Part shown: piece by piece, positions 27,001 to 43,400 of the stretch | Position numbering within the stretch: position 1 is the first letter of the stretch | Layout: each line of letters starts with the position of its first letter | Assembly: GCA_964016885.1 (NCBI GenBank) | Contig: OZ024745.1 | Span: forward strand, 82,584,001-82,648,000 | Source of the DNA: Eledone cirrhosa | Lineage: Eukaryota | Length of the DNA: 64,000 nt | Reading direction: 5' to 3' | Made by a program: the position numbers and the translations under genes | The notes under the pieces: generated by a model | The model's database searches: none | What the model saw: only the letters and a program-made list of their open reading frames with translations | Told to the model about the DNA's origin: nothing

Positions 27001-27990
27001 TTACATAACCCCTTTACCACCATTAAAGTGGACAATGTAGTCTTACATAACCCCTTAACCACCATTACAGTGGACAATTTTGTCTTACATAACCCCTTTA
27101 CCACCATTACAATGGACAGTGTAGCCTTACATAACCCCTTTACCACCACTACAGTGAACAATGTAGCCTTACATAACCCCTTTACCACCATTACAGTGGA
27201 CAATGTAGTCTTACATAACCCCTTTACCACCATTACAGTGGACAATGTAGCCATACGTAACCCCTTTACCACCATTACAGTGGGTTATGGAGTCTTACAT
27301 AACCCCTTAACCGCCATTACAGTGGACAATGTAACCTTACATAACCCCTTTACCACCATTACAGTAGACAATGTAGTCTTACATAACCCCTTTACCACCA
27401 TTACAGTGGACAGTGTAGCCTTACATAACCCCTTTACCACCATTACAGTGGACAGTGTAGCCTTACATAACCCCTTTACCACCATTACAGTGGACAATGT
27501 AGTCTTATATAACCCCTTTACCACCATTACAGTGGACAATGTAGTCTTACATAACCCCTTTACCACCATTACAGTGGACAATGTAGTCTTACATAACCCC
27601 TTTACCACCATTACAGTTGACAATGTAGTCTTACATAACCCCTTTACCACCATTACAGTGGACAGTGTAGCCTTTAATAACCCATTTACCAGCATTACAG
27701 TGGACAATGTAGTCTTACATAACCCCTTTACCACCATTACAGTGGACAATTTTGTCTTACATAAGCCCTTTACAACCATTACAGAAGACAATGTAGCCTT
27801 ACATAACCCCTTTACAACCATGACAGTGGACAGTGTAGCCTTACATAACCCCTTTACCACCATTACAGTGGACAATGTAGTCTTACATAACCCCTTTACC
27901 ACCATTACAGTGGACAATGTAGCCTTACATAACCCCTTTACCACCATTACAGTGGACAGTGTAGCCTTACATAACCCCTTTACCACCATT
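21096..27990. repeat. Tandem duplication, unit 3696 bp (88 monomers), with a 588-bp (14-monomer) length difference near 25890
   Basis: Offset is 3696 for 21192/24888 and 21783/25479 (GACACT, AGAGTTTAC, GAAAAC variants), then 3108 (74 monomers) for 23055/26163 and 24177/27285. Confidence 0.87.
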
Positions 27991-30900
27991 ACAGTGGACA
28001 ATGTAGTCTTACATAACCCCTTTACCACCATTACAGTTGACAATGTAGTCTTACATAACCCCTTTACCACCATTACAGTGGACAGTGTAGCCTTACATAA
28101 ACCCTTTACCACCATTACAGTGGACAGTGTAGCCTTACATAACCCCCCTACCACCATTACAGTGGGTAATGTAGTCTTACATAAACCCTTTACCACCATT
28201 ACAGTGGACAATGTAGTCTTACATAACCCCTCTACCACCATTACAGTGGACAATGTAGTCTTACATAACCCATTTACCACCATTACAGTTGACAATGTAG
28301 TCTTACTTAACCCCTTTACCACCATTACAGTGGACAATGTAGCCTTACATAAACCCTTTACAACCATTACAGTGGACAGTGTAGCCTTACATAACCCCTT
28401 TACCACCATTACAGTGGACAATGTAGTCTTACATAACCCCTTTACCACCATTACAGTTGACAATGTAGTCTTACATAACCCCTTTACCACCATTACAGTG
28501 GACAGTGTAGCCTTACATAACCCCTTTACCACCATTACAGTGGACAATGTAGTCTTACATAACCCCTTTACCACCATTACAGTGGACAATGTAGTCTTAC
28601 ATAACCCCTTTACCACCATTACAGTGGACAGTGTAGCCTTACATAACCCCTTTACCACCATTACAGTGGACAGTGTAGCCTTACATAACCCCTTTACCAC
28701 CATTACAGTGGACAATGTAGTCTTACATAACCCCTTTACCACCATTACAGTGGACAATGTAGCCTTACATAACCCATTTACCACCATTACAGTGGACAGT
28801 GTAGCCTTACATAACCCCTTTACCACCATTACAGTGGACAATGTAGTCTTACATAACCCCTTTACCACCATTACAGTTGACAATGTAGTCTTACATAACC
28901 CCTTTACCACCATTACAGTTGACAATGTAATCTTACATAACCCCTTTACCACCATTACAGTGGACAGTGTAGACTTACATAACCCCTTTACCACCATTAC
29001 AGTGGACAGTGTAGCCTTACATAACCCCTCTACCACCATTACAGTGGGTAATGTAGTCTTACATAACCTCTTTACCACCATTACAGTGGACAATGTAGTC
29101 TTACATAACCCCTCTACCACCATTACAGAGGACAATGTAGTCTTACATAACCCCTTTACCACCATTACAGTGGACAATGTAGTCTTACATAACCCCTTTA
29201 CCACCATTACAGTGGACAATGTAGCCTTACATCACCCCTTTACCACCATTACAGTGGACAATGTAGTCTTACATAACCCCTTTACCACCATTACAGTTGA
29301 CAATGTAGTCTTACATAACCCCTTTACCACCATTACAGTTGACAATGTAATCTTACATAACCCCTTTACCACCATTACAGTGGACAGTGTAGCCTTACAT
29401 AACCCCTTTACCACCATTACAGTGGACAGTGTAGCCTTACATAACCCCTCTACCACCATTACAGTGGGTAATGTAGTCTTACATAACCCCTTTACCACCA
29501 TTACAGTGGACAATGTAGTCTTACATAACCCCTTTACCACCATTACAGTGGACAATGTAGTCTTACATAACCCCTTTACCACCATTACAGTTGACAATGT
29601 AGTCTTACATAAACCCTTTACCACCATTACAGTGGACAATGTAGTCTTACATAACCCCTTTACCACCATTACAGTTGACAATGTAGCCTTACATAACCCC
29701 TTTACCACCATTACAGTTGACAATGTAGTCTTACATAACCCCTTTACCACCATTACAGTTGACAATGTAATCTTACATAACCCCTTTACCACCATTACAG
29801 TGGACAATGTAGTCTTACATAATCCCTTTACCACCATTAAAGTGGACAATGTAGACTTACATAACCCCTCTACCACCATTACAGTGGGTAACGTAGTCTT
29901 ACATAACCCCTTTACCAACAGTAAAGTGGACAATGTAGTCTTACATAACCCCTTAACCACCATTACAGTGGACAATGTAGCCTTACATAACCACTTTACC
30001 ACCATTACAGTGGGTTATGGAGTCTTACATAACCCCTTAACCGCCATTACAGTGGACAATGTAACCTTACGTAACCCCTTTACCACCATTACAGTAGACA
30101 ATGTAGTCTTACATAACCTATTTACCACCATTACAGTTGACAATGTTGTCTTGCATAACCCCTTTACCACCAGAAACAGTGGACAATGTAGTCTTACATA
30201 ACCCCTTTACAACCATTACAGTTGACAATGTGGTCTTACATAACCCCTTTACCACCATTACAGTGGACAATGTAGTCTTACATAACCCCTTTACCACCAT
30301 TACAGTTGACAATGTAGTCTTACATAACCCCTTTACCACCATTACAGTTGACAATGTAATCTTACATAACCCCTTTACCACCATTACAGTGGACAGTGTA
30401 GCCTTATATAACCCCTTTACCACCATTACAGTGGACAGTGTAGCCTTACATAACCCCTCTACGACCATTACAGTGGGTAATGTAGTCTTACATAACCCCT
30501 TTACCACCATTACAGTGGAAAATGTAGTCTTACATAACCCCTTTACCAACATTACAGTTGACAATGTAGTCTTACTCAACCCCTTTACCACCATTACAGT
30601 GGACAATGTAGTCTTACATAACCCCTTTACCACCATTACAGTGGACAATGTAGCCTTACATAACCCCTTTACCACCATTACAGTTGACAATGTAGTCTTA
30701 CATAACCCCTTTACCACCATTACAGTCGACAATGTAATCTTACATAACCCCTTTACCACCATTACAGTGGACAGTGTAGCCTTACATAATCCCTTTACCA
30801 CCATTAAAGTGGACAATGTAGTCTTACATAACCCCTCTACCACCATTACAGTGGGTAATGTAGTCTTACATAACCCCTTTACCACCATTAAAGTGGACAA

Positions 30901-33900
30901 TGTAGTCTTACTTAACCCCTTAACCACCATTACAGTGGATAATTTAGTCTTACATAACCCCTTTACCACCATTACATTGGACAGTGTAGCCTTACATAAC
31001 CCCTTTACCACCATTACAGTGGACAATGTAGCCTTACATAACCCCTTCACCACCATTACAGTTGACAATGTAGTCTTACATAACCCCTTTACCATCATTA
31101 CAGTGGACAATGTAGCCTTACATAACCCCTTTACCACCATTACAGTGGGTTATGTAGTCTTACATAACCCCTTAACCGCCATTACAGAGGACAATGTAAC
31201 CGTACATAACTCCTTTACCACCATTACAGTACACAATGTAGTCTTACATAACCTCTTTACCACCATTAAGTTGACAATGTTGTCTTGCATAACCCCTTTA
31301 CCACCATTACAGTGGACAATGTAGTCTTACATAACCCCTTTACAACCATTACAGTTGACAATGTGGTCTTACATAACCCCTTTACCACCATTACAATGGA
31401 CAATGTAGTGTAACATAACCCCTTTATCACCATTACAGTGGACAATGTAGCCTTACATAACCCCTTTACCACAATTACAGTGGGTAATGTAGTCTTCCAT
31501 AACCCCTTTACCAGCATTACAGAGGAAAATGTAATCTTACATAACCCCTTTATCACGATTACAGTGGACAATGTAGTCTAACATAACCCCTTTACCACCA
31601 TTACAGTGGACAATGTAGTCTTACATAACCCCTTTACCACCATTACAGTGGACAATGTAGCCATACATAACCTCCTTACCACCATTACATTGGACAATGT
31701 AGCCTTACATAACCCCTTTACCATCATTACAGTGGGTAATGTAGTCTTACATAACCCCTTTACTACCATTACAGTGGAAAATGTAATCTTACATAACCCC
31801 TTCATCACGATTACAGTGGACAATGTAGCCTTACATAACCCCTTTACCACTATTACAGTGGACAATGTAGTCTTACATAACCCCTCTACCACCATTACAG
31901 TGGACAGTGTAGTCTTACATAACCCCTTTACCACCATTACAGTGGACAATGTAGTCTTACATAACCCCTTTACCACCATTACAGTTGACAATGTAGTCTT
32001 ACATAACCCCTTTACCACCATTACAGTGGACAGTGTAGCCTTACATAACCCCTTTACCAGCATTACAGTGGACAATGTAGTCTTACATAACCCCTTTACC
32101 ACCATTACAGTGGACAATTTTGTCTTACATAACCCCTTTACCACCATTACAGTGGACAGTGTAGCCTTACATAACCCCTTTACCACCATTACAGTGGACA
32201 ATGTAGTCTTACATAACCCCTTTACCACCATTACAGTTGACAATGTAGTCTTACATAACCCCTTTACCACCATTACATGTGACAATGTAATCTTACATAA
32301 CCCCTTTACCACCATTACAGTGGACAGTGTAGCCTTACATAAACCCTTTACCACCATTACAGTGGACAGTGTAGCCTTACATAACCCCCCTACCACCATT
32401 ACAGTGGGTAATGTAGTCTTACATAACCCCTTTACCACCATTACACTGGACAATGTAGCCTTACATAAACCCTTTACAACCATTACAGTGAACAGTGTAG
32501 CCTTACATAACCCCTTTACCACCATTACAGTGGACAATGTAGTCTTACATAACCCCTTTACCACCATTACAGTTGACAATGTAGTCTTACATAACCCCTT
32601 TACCACCATTACAGTGGACAGTGTAGCCTTACATAACCCCTTTACCACCATTACAGTGGACAATGTAGTCTTACATAACCCCTTTACCACCATTACAGTG
32701 GACAATGTAGTCTTACATAACCCCTTTACCACCATTACAGTGGACAATGTAGCCTTACATAACCCCTTTACCACCGTTACAGTAGACAATGTAGTCTTAC
32801 ATAACCCCTTTACCTCCCTTACAGTGGACAATTTTGTCTTACATAACCCCTTTACCACCATTACAGTGGACAGTGTAGCCTTACATAACCCCTTTACCAC
32901 CATTACAGTGGACAGTGTAGCCTTACATAACCTCTTTACCACCATTACAGTGGACAATGTAGTCTTACATAACCCCTTTACCACCATTACAGTGGACAAT
33001 GTAGCCTTACATAACCCATTTACCACCATTACAGTGGACAGTGTAGCCTTACATAACCCCTTTACCACCATTACAGTGGACAATGTAGTCTTACATAACC
33101 CCTTTACCACCATTACAGTTGACAATGTAGTCTTACATAACCCCTTTACCACCATTACAGTTGACAATGTAATCTTACATAACCCCTTTACCACCATTAC
33201 AGTGGACAGTGTAGACTTACATAACCCCTTTACCACCATTACAGTGGACAGTGTAGCCTTACATAACCCCTCTACCACCATTACAGTGGGTAATGTAGTC
33301 TTACATAACCTCTTTACCACCATTACAGTGGACAATGTAGTCTTACATAACCCCTCTACCAACATTCCAGAGGACAATGTAGTCTTACATAACCCCTTTA
33401 CCACCATTACAGTGGACAATGTAGTCTTACATAACACCTTTACCACCATTACAGTGGACAATGTAGCCTTACATAACCCCTTTACAACCATTACAGTGGA
33501 CAGTGTAGCCTTACATAACCCCTTTACCACCATTACAGTGGACAATGTAGTCTTACATAACCCCTTTACCACCATTACAGTTGACAATGTAGTCTTACAT
33601 AACCCCTTTACCACCATTACAGTTGACAATGTAATCTTACATAACCCCTTTACCACCATTACAGTGGACAGTGTAGCCTTACATAACCCCTTTACCACCA
33701 TTACAGTGGACAGTGTAGCCTTACATAACCCCTCTACCACCATTACAGTGGGTAATGTAGTCTTACATAACCCCTTTACCACCATTACAGTGGACAATGT
33801 AGTCTTACATAACCCCTTTACCACCATTACAATTGACAATGTAGTCTTACATAACCCCTTTACCACCATTACAGTGGACAATGTAGTCTTACATAACCCC

Positions 33901-34494
33901 TTTACCACCATTACAGTTGACAATCTAGCCTTACATAACACCTTTACCACCATTACAGTTGACAATGTAGTCTTACATAACCCCTTTACCGCCATTACAG
34001 TGGACAGTGTAGCCTTACATAATCCCTTTACCACCATTAAAGTGGACAATGTAGTCTTACATAACCCCTCTACCACCATTACAGTGGGTAATGTAGTCTT
34101 ACATAACCCCTTTACCACCATTAAATTGGACAATGTAGTCTTACATAACCACTTAACCATCATTACAGTGGACAATGTAGTCTTACATAACCCCTTTACC
34201 ACCATTACAGTGGACAATGTAGCCTTACATAACCCCTTTACCACCATTACAGTGGGTTATGGAGTCTTACATAACCCCTTAACCGCCATTACAGTGGACA
34301 ATGTAACCTTACATAACCCCTTTTACCACCATTACAGTAGACAATGTAGTCTTACATAACCTATTTACCACCATTACAGTTGACAATGTTGTCTTGCATA
34401 ACCCCTTTACCACCATTACAGTGGACAATGTAGTCTTACATAACCCCTTTACAACCATTACAGTTGACAATGTAGTCTTACATAACCCCTTTAC

Positions 34495-37400
34495 CACCAT
34501 TACAGTGGACAATGTAGTCTTACATAACCCCTTTACCAGCATTACATGTGACAATGTAATCTTACATAACCCCTTTACCACCATTACAGTGGACAGTGTA
34601 GCCTTACATAAACCCTTTACCACCATTACAGTGGACAGTGCAGCCTTACATAACCCCCCTACCACCATTACAGTGGGTAATGTAGTCTTACATAACCCCT
34701 TTACCACCATTACAGTGGACAATGTAGTCTTACATAACCCCTCTACCACCATTACAGTGGACAATGTAGTCTTACATAACCCCTTTACCACCATTACAGT
34801 TGACAATGTAGTCTTACATGACCCCTTTACCACCATTACAGTAGACAATGTAGCCTTACATAAACCCTTTACAACCATTACAGTGGACATTGTAGCCTTA
34901 CATAACCCCTTTACCACCATTACAGTGGACAATGTAGTCTTACATAACCCCTTTACCACCATTACAGTTGACAATGTAGTCTTACATAACCCCTTTACCA
35001 CCATTACAGTGGACAGTGTAGCCTTACATAACCCCTTTACCACCATTACAGTGGACAATGTAGTCTTACATAACCCCTTTACCACCATTACAGTGGACAA
35101 TGTAGTCTTACATAACCCCTTTACCACCATTACAGTGGACAATGTAGCCTTACATAACCCCTTTACCACAGTTACAGTGGACAATGTAGTCTTACATAAC
35201 CCTTTTACCTCCCTTACAGTGGACAATTTTGTCTTACATAACCCCTTTACCACCATTACAGTGGACAGTGTAGCCTTACATAACCCCTTTACCACCATTA
35301 CAGTGGACAGTGTAGCCTTACATAACCCCTTTACCACCATTACAGTGGACAATGTAGTCTTACATAACCCCTTTACCACCATTACAGTGGACAATGTAGC
35401 CTTACATAACCCATTTACCACCATTACAGTGGACAGTGTAGCCTTACATAACCCCTTTACCACCATTACAGTGGACAATGTAGTCTTACATAACCCCTTT
35501 ACCACCATTACAGTTGACAATGTAGTCTTACATAACCCCTTTACCACCATTACAGTTGACAATGTAATCTTACATAACCCCTTTACCACCATTACAGTGG
35601 ACAGTGTAGACTTACATAACCCCTTTACCACCATTACAGTGGACAGTGTAGCCTTACATAACCCCTCTACCACCATTACAGTGGGTAATGTAGTCTTACA
35701 TAACCTCTTTACCACCATTACAGTGGACAATGTAGTCTTACATAACCCCTCTACCACCATTACAGAGGACAATGTAGTCTTACATAACCCCTTTACCACC
35801 ATTACAGTGGACAATGTAGTCTTACATAACCCCTTTACCACCATTACAGTTGACAATGTAGTCTTACATAACCCCTTTACCACCATTACAGTGGACAATG
35901 TAGTCTTACATAACCCCTTTACCACCATTACAGTTGACAATCTAGCCTTACATAACCCCTTTACCACCATTACAGTTGACAATGTAGTCTTACATAACCC
36001 CTTTACCACCATTACAGTTGACAATGTAATCTTACATAACCCCTTTACCACCATTACAGTGGACAGTGTAGCCTTACATAATCCCTTTACCACCATTAAA
36101 GTGGACAATGTAGTCTTACATAACCCCTATACCACCATTACAGTGGGTAATGTAGTCTTACATAACCCCTTTACCACCATTAAAGTGGACAATGTAGTCT
36201 TACATAACCCCTTTACCACCATTACAGTGGACAATTTTGTCTTACATAACCCCTTTACCACCATTACAATGGACAGTGTAGCCTTACATAACCCCTTTAC
36301 CACCATTACAGTGGACAATGTAGCCTTACATAACCCCTTTACCACCATTACAGTTGACAATGTAGTCTTACATAACCCCTTTACCACCATTACAGTGAAC
36401 AATGTAGCCTTACATAACCCCTTTACCACCATTACAGTGGGTTATGAAGTCTTACATAACCCCTTAACCGCCAATACAGTGGACAATGTAACCTTACATA
36501 ACCCCTTTACCACCATTACAGTTGACAATGTAGTCTTACATAACCCCTTTACCACCATTAAAGTAAACAATGTAGCCTTACATAACCCCTTTACCACCAT
36601 TACAGTGGGTTATGACGTCTTACATAACCCCTTAACCGCCAATACAGTGGACAATGTAACCTTACATAACCCCTTTACCACCATTACAGTAGACAATGTA
36701 GTCTTACATAACCTATTTACAACCATTACAGTTGACAATGTGGTTTTACATAACCCCTTTACCACCATTACAGTTGACAATGTAATCTTACATAACCCCA
36801 TTACCACCATTACAGTGGACAGTGTAGCCTTACATAACCCCTTTACCACCATTACAGTGGACAGTGTAGCCTTACATAACCCCTCTACGACCATTATAGT
36901 GGGTAATGTAGTCTTACATAACCCCTTTACCACCATTACAGTGGACAATGTAGTCTTACATAATCCCTTTACCACCATTACAGTGGACAATGTAGTCTTA
37001 CATAACCCCTTTACCACCATTACAGTTGACAATGTAGTCTTACTCAACCCCTTTACCACCATTACAGTGGACAATGTAGTCTTACATAACCCCTTTACAA
37101 CCATTACAGTGGACAATGTAGCCTTACATAACCCCTTTACCACCATTACAGTTGACAATGTAGTCTTACATAACCCCTTTACCACCATTACAGTTGACAA
37201 TGTAATCTTACATAACCCCTTTACCACCATTACAGTGGACAGTGTAGCCTTACATAATCCCTTTACCACCATTAAAGTGGACAATGTAGTCTTACATAAC
37301 CCCTCTACCACCATTACAGTTGGTAATGTAGTCTTACATAACCCCTTTACCACCATTAAAGTGGACAAGGTAGTCTTACTTAACCCCTTAACCACCATTA

Positions 37401-40400
37401 CAGTGGATAATTTTGTCTTACATAACCCCTTTACCACCATTACAGTGGACAGTGTAGCCTTACATAACCCCTTTACCACCATTACAGTGGACAATGTAGC
37501 CTTACATAACCCCTTTACCACCATTACAGTTGACAATGTAGTCTTACATGACCCCTTTACCACCATTACAGTGGACAATGTAGCCTTACATAACCCCTTT
37601 ACCACCATTACAGTGGGTTATGTAGTCTTACATAACCCCTTAACCGCCATTACAGTGGACAATGTAACCTTACATAACCCCTTTACCACCATTACAGTAG
37701 ACAATGTAGTCTTACTTAACCCCTTAACCACCATTACAGTGGATAATTTTGTCTTACATAACCCCTTTACCACCATTACAGTGGACAGTGTAGCCTTACA
37801 TAACCTCTTTACCACCATTACAGTTGACAATGTTGTCTTGCATAACCCCTTTACCACCATTACAGTGGACAATGTAGTCTTACATAACCCCTTTACAACC
37901 ATTACAGTTGACAATGTGGTCTTACATAACCCCTTTACCACCATTACAATGGACAATGTAGTCTAACATAACCCCTTTATCACCATTACAGTGGACAATG
38001 TAGCCTTACATAACCCCTTTACCACAATTACAGTGGGTAATGTAGTCTTACATAACCCCTTTACCAGCATTACAGAGGAAAATGTAATCTTACATAACCC
38101 CTTTATCACGATTACAGTAGACAATGTAGTCTTACATAACCCCTTTACCACCATTACAGTGGACAATGTAGTCTTACATAACCCCTTTAGCACCATTAAA
38201 GTGGACAATGTAGCCTTACATAACCTCCTTACCACCATTACAGTGGGTAATGTAGTCTTACATAACCCCTTTACCACCGTTTCAGTGGGTAATGTAGCGT
38301 TACATAACCCCTTTACCACCATTACAGTGGACAATGTAGTCTTACATAACCCCTTTACCACCATTACAGTAGACAATGTAGTCTTACATAACCTATTTAC
38401 CACCATTACAGTTGACAATGTTGTCTTGCATAACCCCTTTACCACCATTACAGTGGACAATGTAGTCTTACATAACCCCTTTACAACCATTACAGTTGAC
38501 AATGTGGTCTTACATAACCCCTTTACCACCATTACAGTTGACAATGTAATCTTACATAACCCCTTTACCACCATTACAGTGGACAGTGTAGCCTTACATA
38601 ACACCTTTACCACCATTACAGTGGACAGTGTAGCCTTACATAACCCCTCTACAACCATTACAGTGGGTAATGTAGTCTTACATAACCCCTTTACCACCAT
38701 TACAGTGGACAATGTAGCCTTACATAACCCCTTTACCACAATTACAGTGGGTAATGTAGTCTTACATAAGCCCTTTACCAGCATTACAGAGGAAAATGTA
38801 ATCTTACATAACCCCTTTATCACGATTACAGTGGACAATGTAGTCTTACATAACCCCTTTACCACCATTACAGTGGACAATGTAGTCTTACATAACCCCT
38901 TTACCACCATTACAGTGGACAATGTAGCCTTACATAACCTCCTTACCACCATTACAGTGGGTAATGTAGTTTTACATAACCCCTTTACCACCATTTCAGT
39001 GGGTAATGTAGCGTTACATAACCCCTTTACCACCATTACAGTGGACAATGTAGTCTTACATAACCTGTTTACCACCATTACAGTAGACAGTGTAGTCTTA
39101 CATAACCCCTTTAGCACCATTACAGTGGACAATGTAGTCTTACATAACCCCTTTACCAGCATTACATGTGACAATGTAATCTTACATAACCCCTTTACCA
39201 CCATTACAGTGGACAGTGTAGCCTTACATAAACCCTTTACCACCATTACAGTGGACAGTGCAGCCTTACATAACCCCCCTACCACCATTACAGTGGGTAA
39301 TGTAGTCTTACATAACCCCTTTACCACCATTACAGTGGACAATGTAGTCTTACATAACCCCTCTACCACCATTACAGTGGACAATGTAGTCTTACATAAC
39401 CCCTTTACCACCATTACAGTTGACAATGTAGTCTTACATGACCCCTTTACCACCATTACAGTAGACAATGTAGCCTTACATAAACCCTTTACAACCATTA
39501 CAGTGGACATTGTAGCCTTACATAACCCCTTTACCACCATTACAGTGGACAATGTAGTCTTACATAACCCCTTTACCACCATTACAGTTGACAATGTAGT
39601 CTTACATAACCCCTTTACCACCATTACAGTGGACAGTGTAGCCTTACATAACCCCTTTACCACCATTACAGTGGACAATGTAGTCTTACATAACCCCTTT
39701 ACCACCATTACAGTGGACAATGTAGTCTTACATAACCCCTTTACCACCATTACAGTGGACAATGTAGCCTTACATAACCCCTTTACCACAGTTACAGTGG
39801 ACAATGTAGTCTTACATAACCCTTTTACCTCCCTTACAGTGGACAATTTTGTCTTACATAACCCCTTTACCACCATTACAGTGGACAGTGTAGCCTTACA
39901 TAACCCCTTTACCACCATTACAGTGGACAGTGTAGCCTTACATAACCCCTTTACCACCATTACAGTGGACAATGTAGTCTTACATAACCCCTTTACCACC
40001 ATTACAGTGGACAATGTAGCCTTACATAACCCATTTACCACCATTACAGTGGACAGTGTAGCCTTACATAACCCCTTTACCACCATTACAGTGGACAATG
40101 TAGTCTTACATAACCCCTTTACCACCATTACAGTTGACAATGTAGTCTTACATAACCCCTTTACCACCATTACAGTTGACAATGTAATCTTACATAACCC
40201 CTTTACCACCATTACAGTGGACAGTGTAGACTTACATAACCCCTTTACCACCATTACAGTGGACAGTGTAGCCTTACATAACCCCTCTACCACCATTACA
40301 GTGGGTAATGTAGTCTTACATAACCTCTTTACCACCATTACAGTGGACAATGTAGTCTTACATAACCCCTCTACCACCATTACAGAGGACAATGTAGTCT

Positions 40401-43400
40401 TACATAACCCCTTTACCACCATTACAGTGGACAATGTAGTCTTACATAACCCCTTTACCACCATTACAGTTGACAATGTAGTCTTACATAACCCCTTTAC
40501 CACCATTACAGTGGACAATGTAGTCTTACATAACCCCTTTACCACCATTACAGTTGACAATCTAGCCTTACATAACCCCTTTACCACCATTACAGTTGAC
40601 AATGTAGTCTTACATAACCCCTTTACCACCATTACAGTTGACAATGTAATCTTACATAACCCCTTTACCACCATTACAGTGGACAGTGTAGCCTTACATA
40701 ATCCCTTTACCACCATTAAAGTGGACAATGTAGTCTTACATAACCCCTATACCACCATTACAGTGGGTAATGTAGTCTTACATAACCCCTTTACCACCAT
40801 TAAAGTGGACAATGTAGTCTTACATAACCCCTTTACCACCATTACAGTGGACAATTTTGTCTTACATAACCCCTTTACCACCATTACAATGGACAGTGTA
40901 GCCTTACATAACCCCTTTACCACCATTACAGTGGACAATGTAGCCTTACATAACCCCTTTACCACCATTACAGTTGACAATGTAGTCTTACATAACCCCT
41001 TTACCACCATTACAGTGAACAATGTAGCCTTACATAACCCCTTTACCACCATTACAGTGGGTTATGAAGTCTTACATAACCCCTTAACCGCCAATACAGT
41101 GGACAATGTAACCTTACATAACCCCTTTACCACCATTACAGTTGACAATGTAGTCTTACATAACCCCTTTACCACCATTAAAGTAAACAATGTAGCCTTA
41201 CATAACCCCTTTACCACCATTACAGTGGGTTATGACGTCTTACATAACCCCTTAACCGCCAATACAGTGGACAATGTAACCTTACATAACCCCTTTACCA
41301 CCATTACAGTAGACAATGTAGTCTTACATAACCTATTTACAACCATTACAGTTGACAATGTGGTTTTATATAACCCCTTTACCACCATTACAGTTGACAA
41401 TGTAATCTTACATAACCCCATTACCACCATTACAGTGGACAGTGTAGCCTTACATAACCCCTTTACCACCATTACAGTGGACAGTGTAGCCTTACATAAC
41501 CCCTCTACGACCATTATAGTGGGTAATGTAGTCTTACATAACCCCTTTACCACCATTACAGTGGACAATGTAGTCTTACATAATCCCTTTACCACCATTA
41601 CAGTGGACAATGTAGTCTTACATAACCCCTTTACCACCATTACAGTTGACAATGTAGTCTTACTCAACCCCTTTACCACCATTACAGTGGACAATGTAGT
41701 CTTACATAACCCCTTTACAACCATTACAGTGGACAATGTAGCCTTACATAACCCCTTTACCACCATTACAGTTGACAATGTAGTCTTACATAACCCCTTT
41801 ACCACCATTACAGTTGACAATGTAATCTTACATAACCCCTTTACCACCATTACAGTGGACAGTGTAGCCTTACATAATCCCTTTACCACCATTAAAGTGG
41901 ACAATGTAGTCTTACATAACCCCTCTACCACCATTACAGTTGGTAATGTAGTCTTACATAACCCCTTTACCACCATTAAAGTGGACAAGGTAGTCTTACT
42001 TAACCCCTTAACCACCATTACAGTGGATAATTTTGTCTTACATAACCCCTTTACCACCATTACAGTGGACAGTGTAGCCTTACATAACCCCTTTACCACC
42101 ATTACAGTGGACAATGTAGCCTTACATAACCCCTTTACCACCATTACAGTTGACAATGTAGTCTTACATGACCCCTTTACCACCATTACAGTGGACAATG
42201 TAGCCTTACATAACCCCTTTACCACCATTACAGTGGGTTATGTAGTCTTACATAACCCCTTAACCGCCATTACAGTGGACAATGTAACCTTACATAACCC
42301 CTTTACCACCATTACAGTAGACAATGTAGTCTTACTTAACCCCTTAACCACCATTACAGTGGATAATTTTGTCTTACATAACCCCTTTACCACCATTACA
42401 GTGGACAGTGTAGCCTTACATAACCTCTTTACCACCATTACAGTTGACAATGTTGTCTTGCATAACCCCTTTACCACCATTACAGTGGACAATGTAGTCT
42501 TACATAACCCCTTTACAACCATTACAGTTGACAATGTGGTCTTACATAACCCCTTTACCACCATTACAATGGACAATGTAGTCTAACATAACCCCTTTAT
42601 CACCATTACAGTGGACAATGTAGCCTTACATAACCCCTTTACCACAATTACAGTGGGTAATGTAGTCTTACATAACCCCTTTACCAGCATTACAGAGGAA
42701 AATGTAATCTTACATAACCCCTTTATCACGATTACAGTAGACAATGTAGTCTTACATAACCCCTTTACCACCATTACAGTGGACAATGTAGTCTTACATA
42801 ACCCCTTTAGCACCATTAAAGTGGACAATGTAGCCTTACATAACCTCCTTACCACCATTACAGTGGGTAATGTAGTCTTACATAACCCCTTTACCACCAT
42901 TTCAGTGGTTAATGTAGCGTTACATAACCCCTTTACCACCATTACAGTGGACAATGTAGTCTTACATAACCCCTTTACCACCATTACAGTAGACAATGTA
43001 GTCTTACATAACCTATTTACCACCATTACAGTTGACAATGTTGTCTTGCATAACCCCTTTACCACCATTACAGTGGACAATGTAGTCTTACATAACCCCT
43101 TTACAACCATTACAGTTGACAATGTGGTCTTACATAACCCCTTTACCACCATTACAGTTGACAATGTAATCTTACATAACCCCTTTACCACCATTACAGT
43201 GGACAGTGTAGCCTTACATAACACCTTTACCACCATTACAGTGGACAGTGTAGCCTTACATAACCCCTCTACAACCATTACAGTGGGTAATGTAGTCTTA
43301 CATAACCCCTTTACCACCATTACAGTGGACAATGTAGCCTTACATAACCCCTTTACCACAATTACAGTGGGTAATGTAGTCTTACATAAGCCCTTTACCA

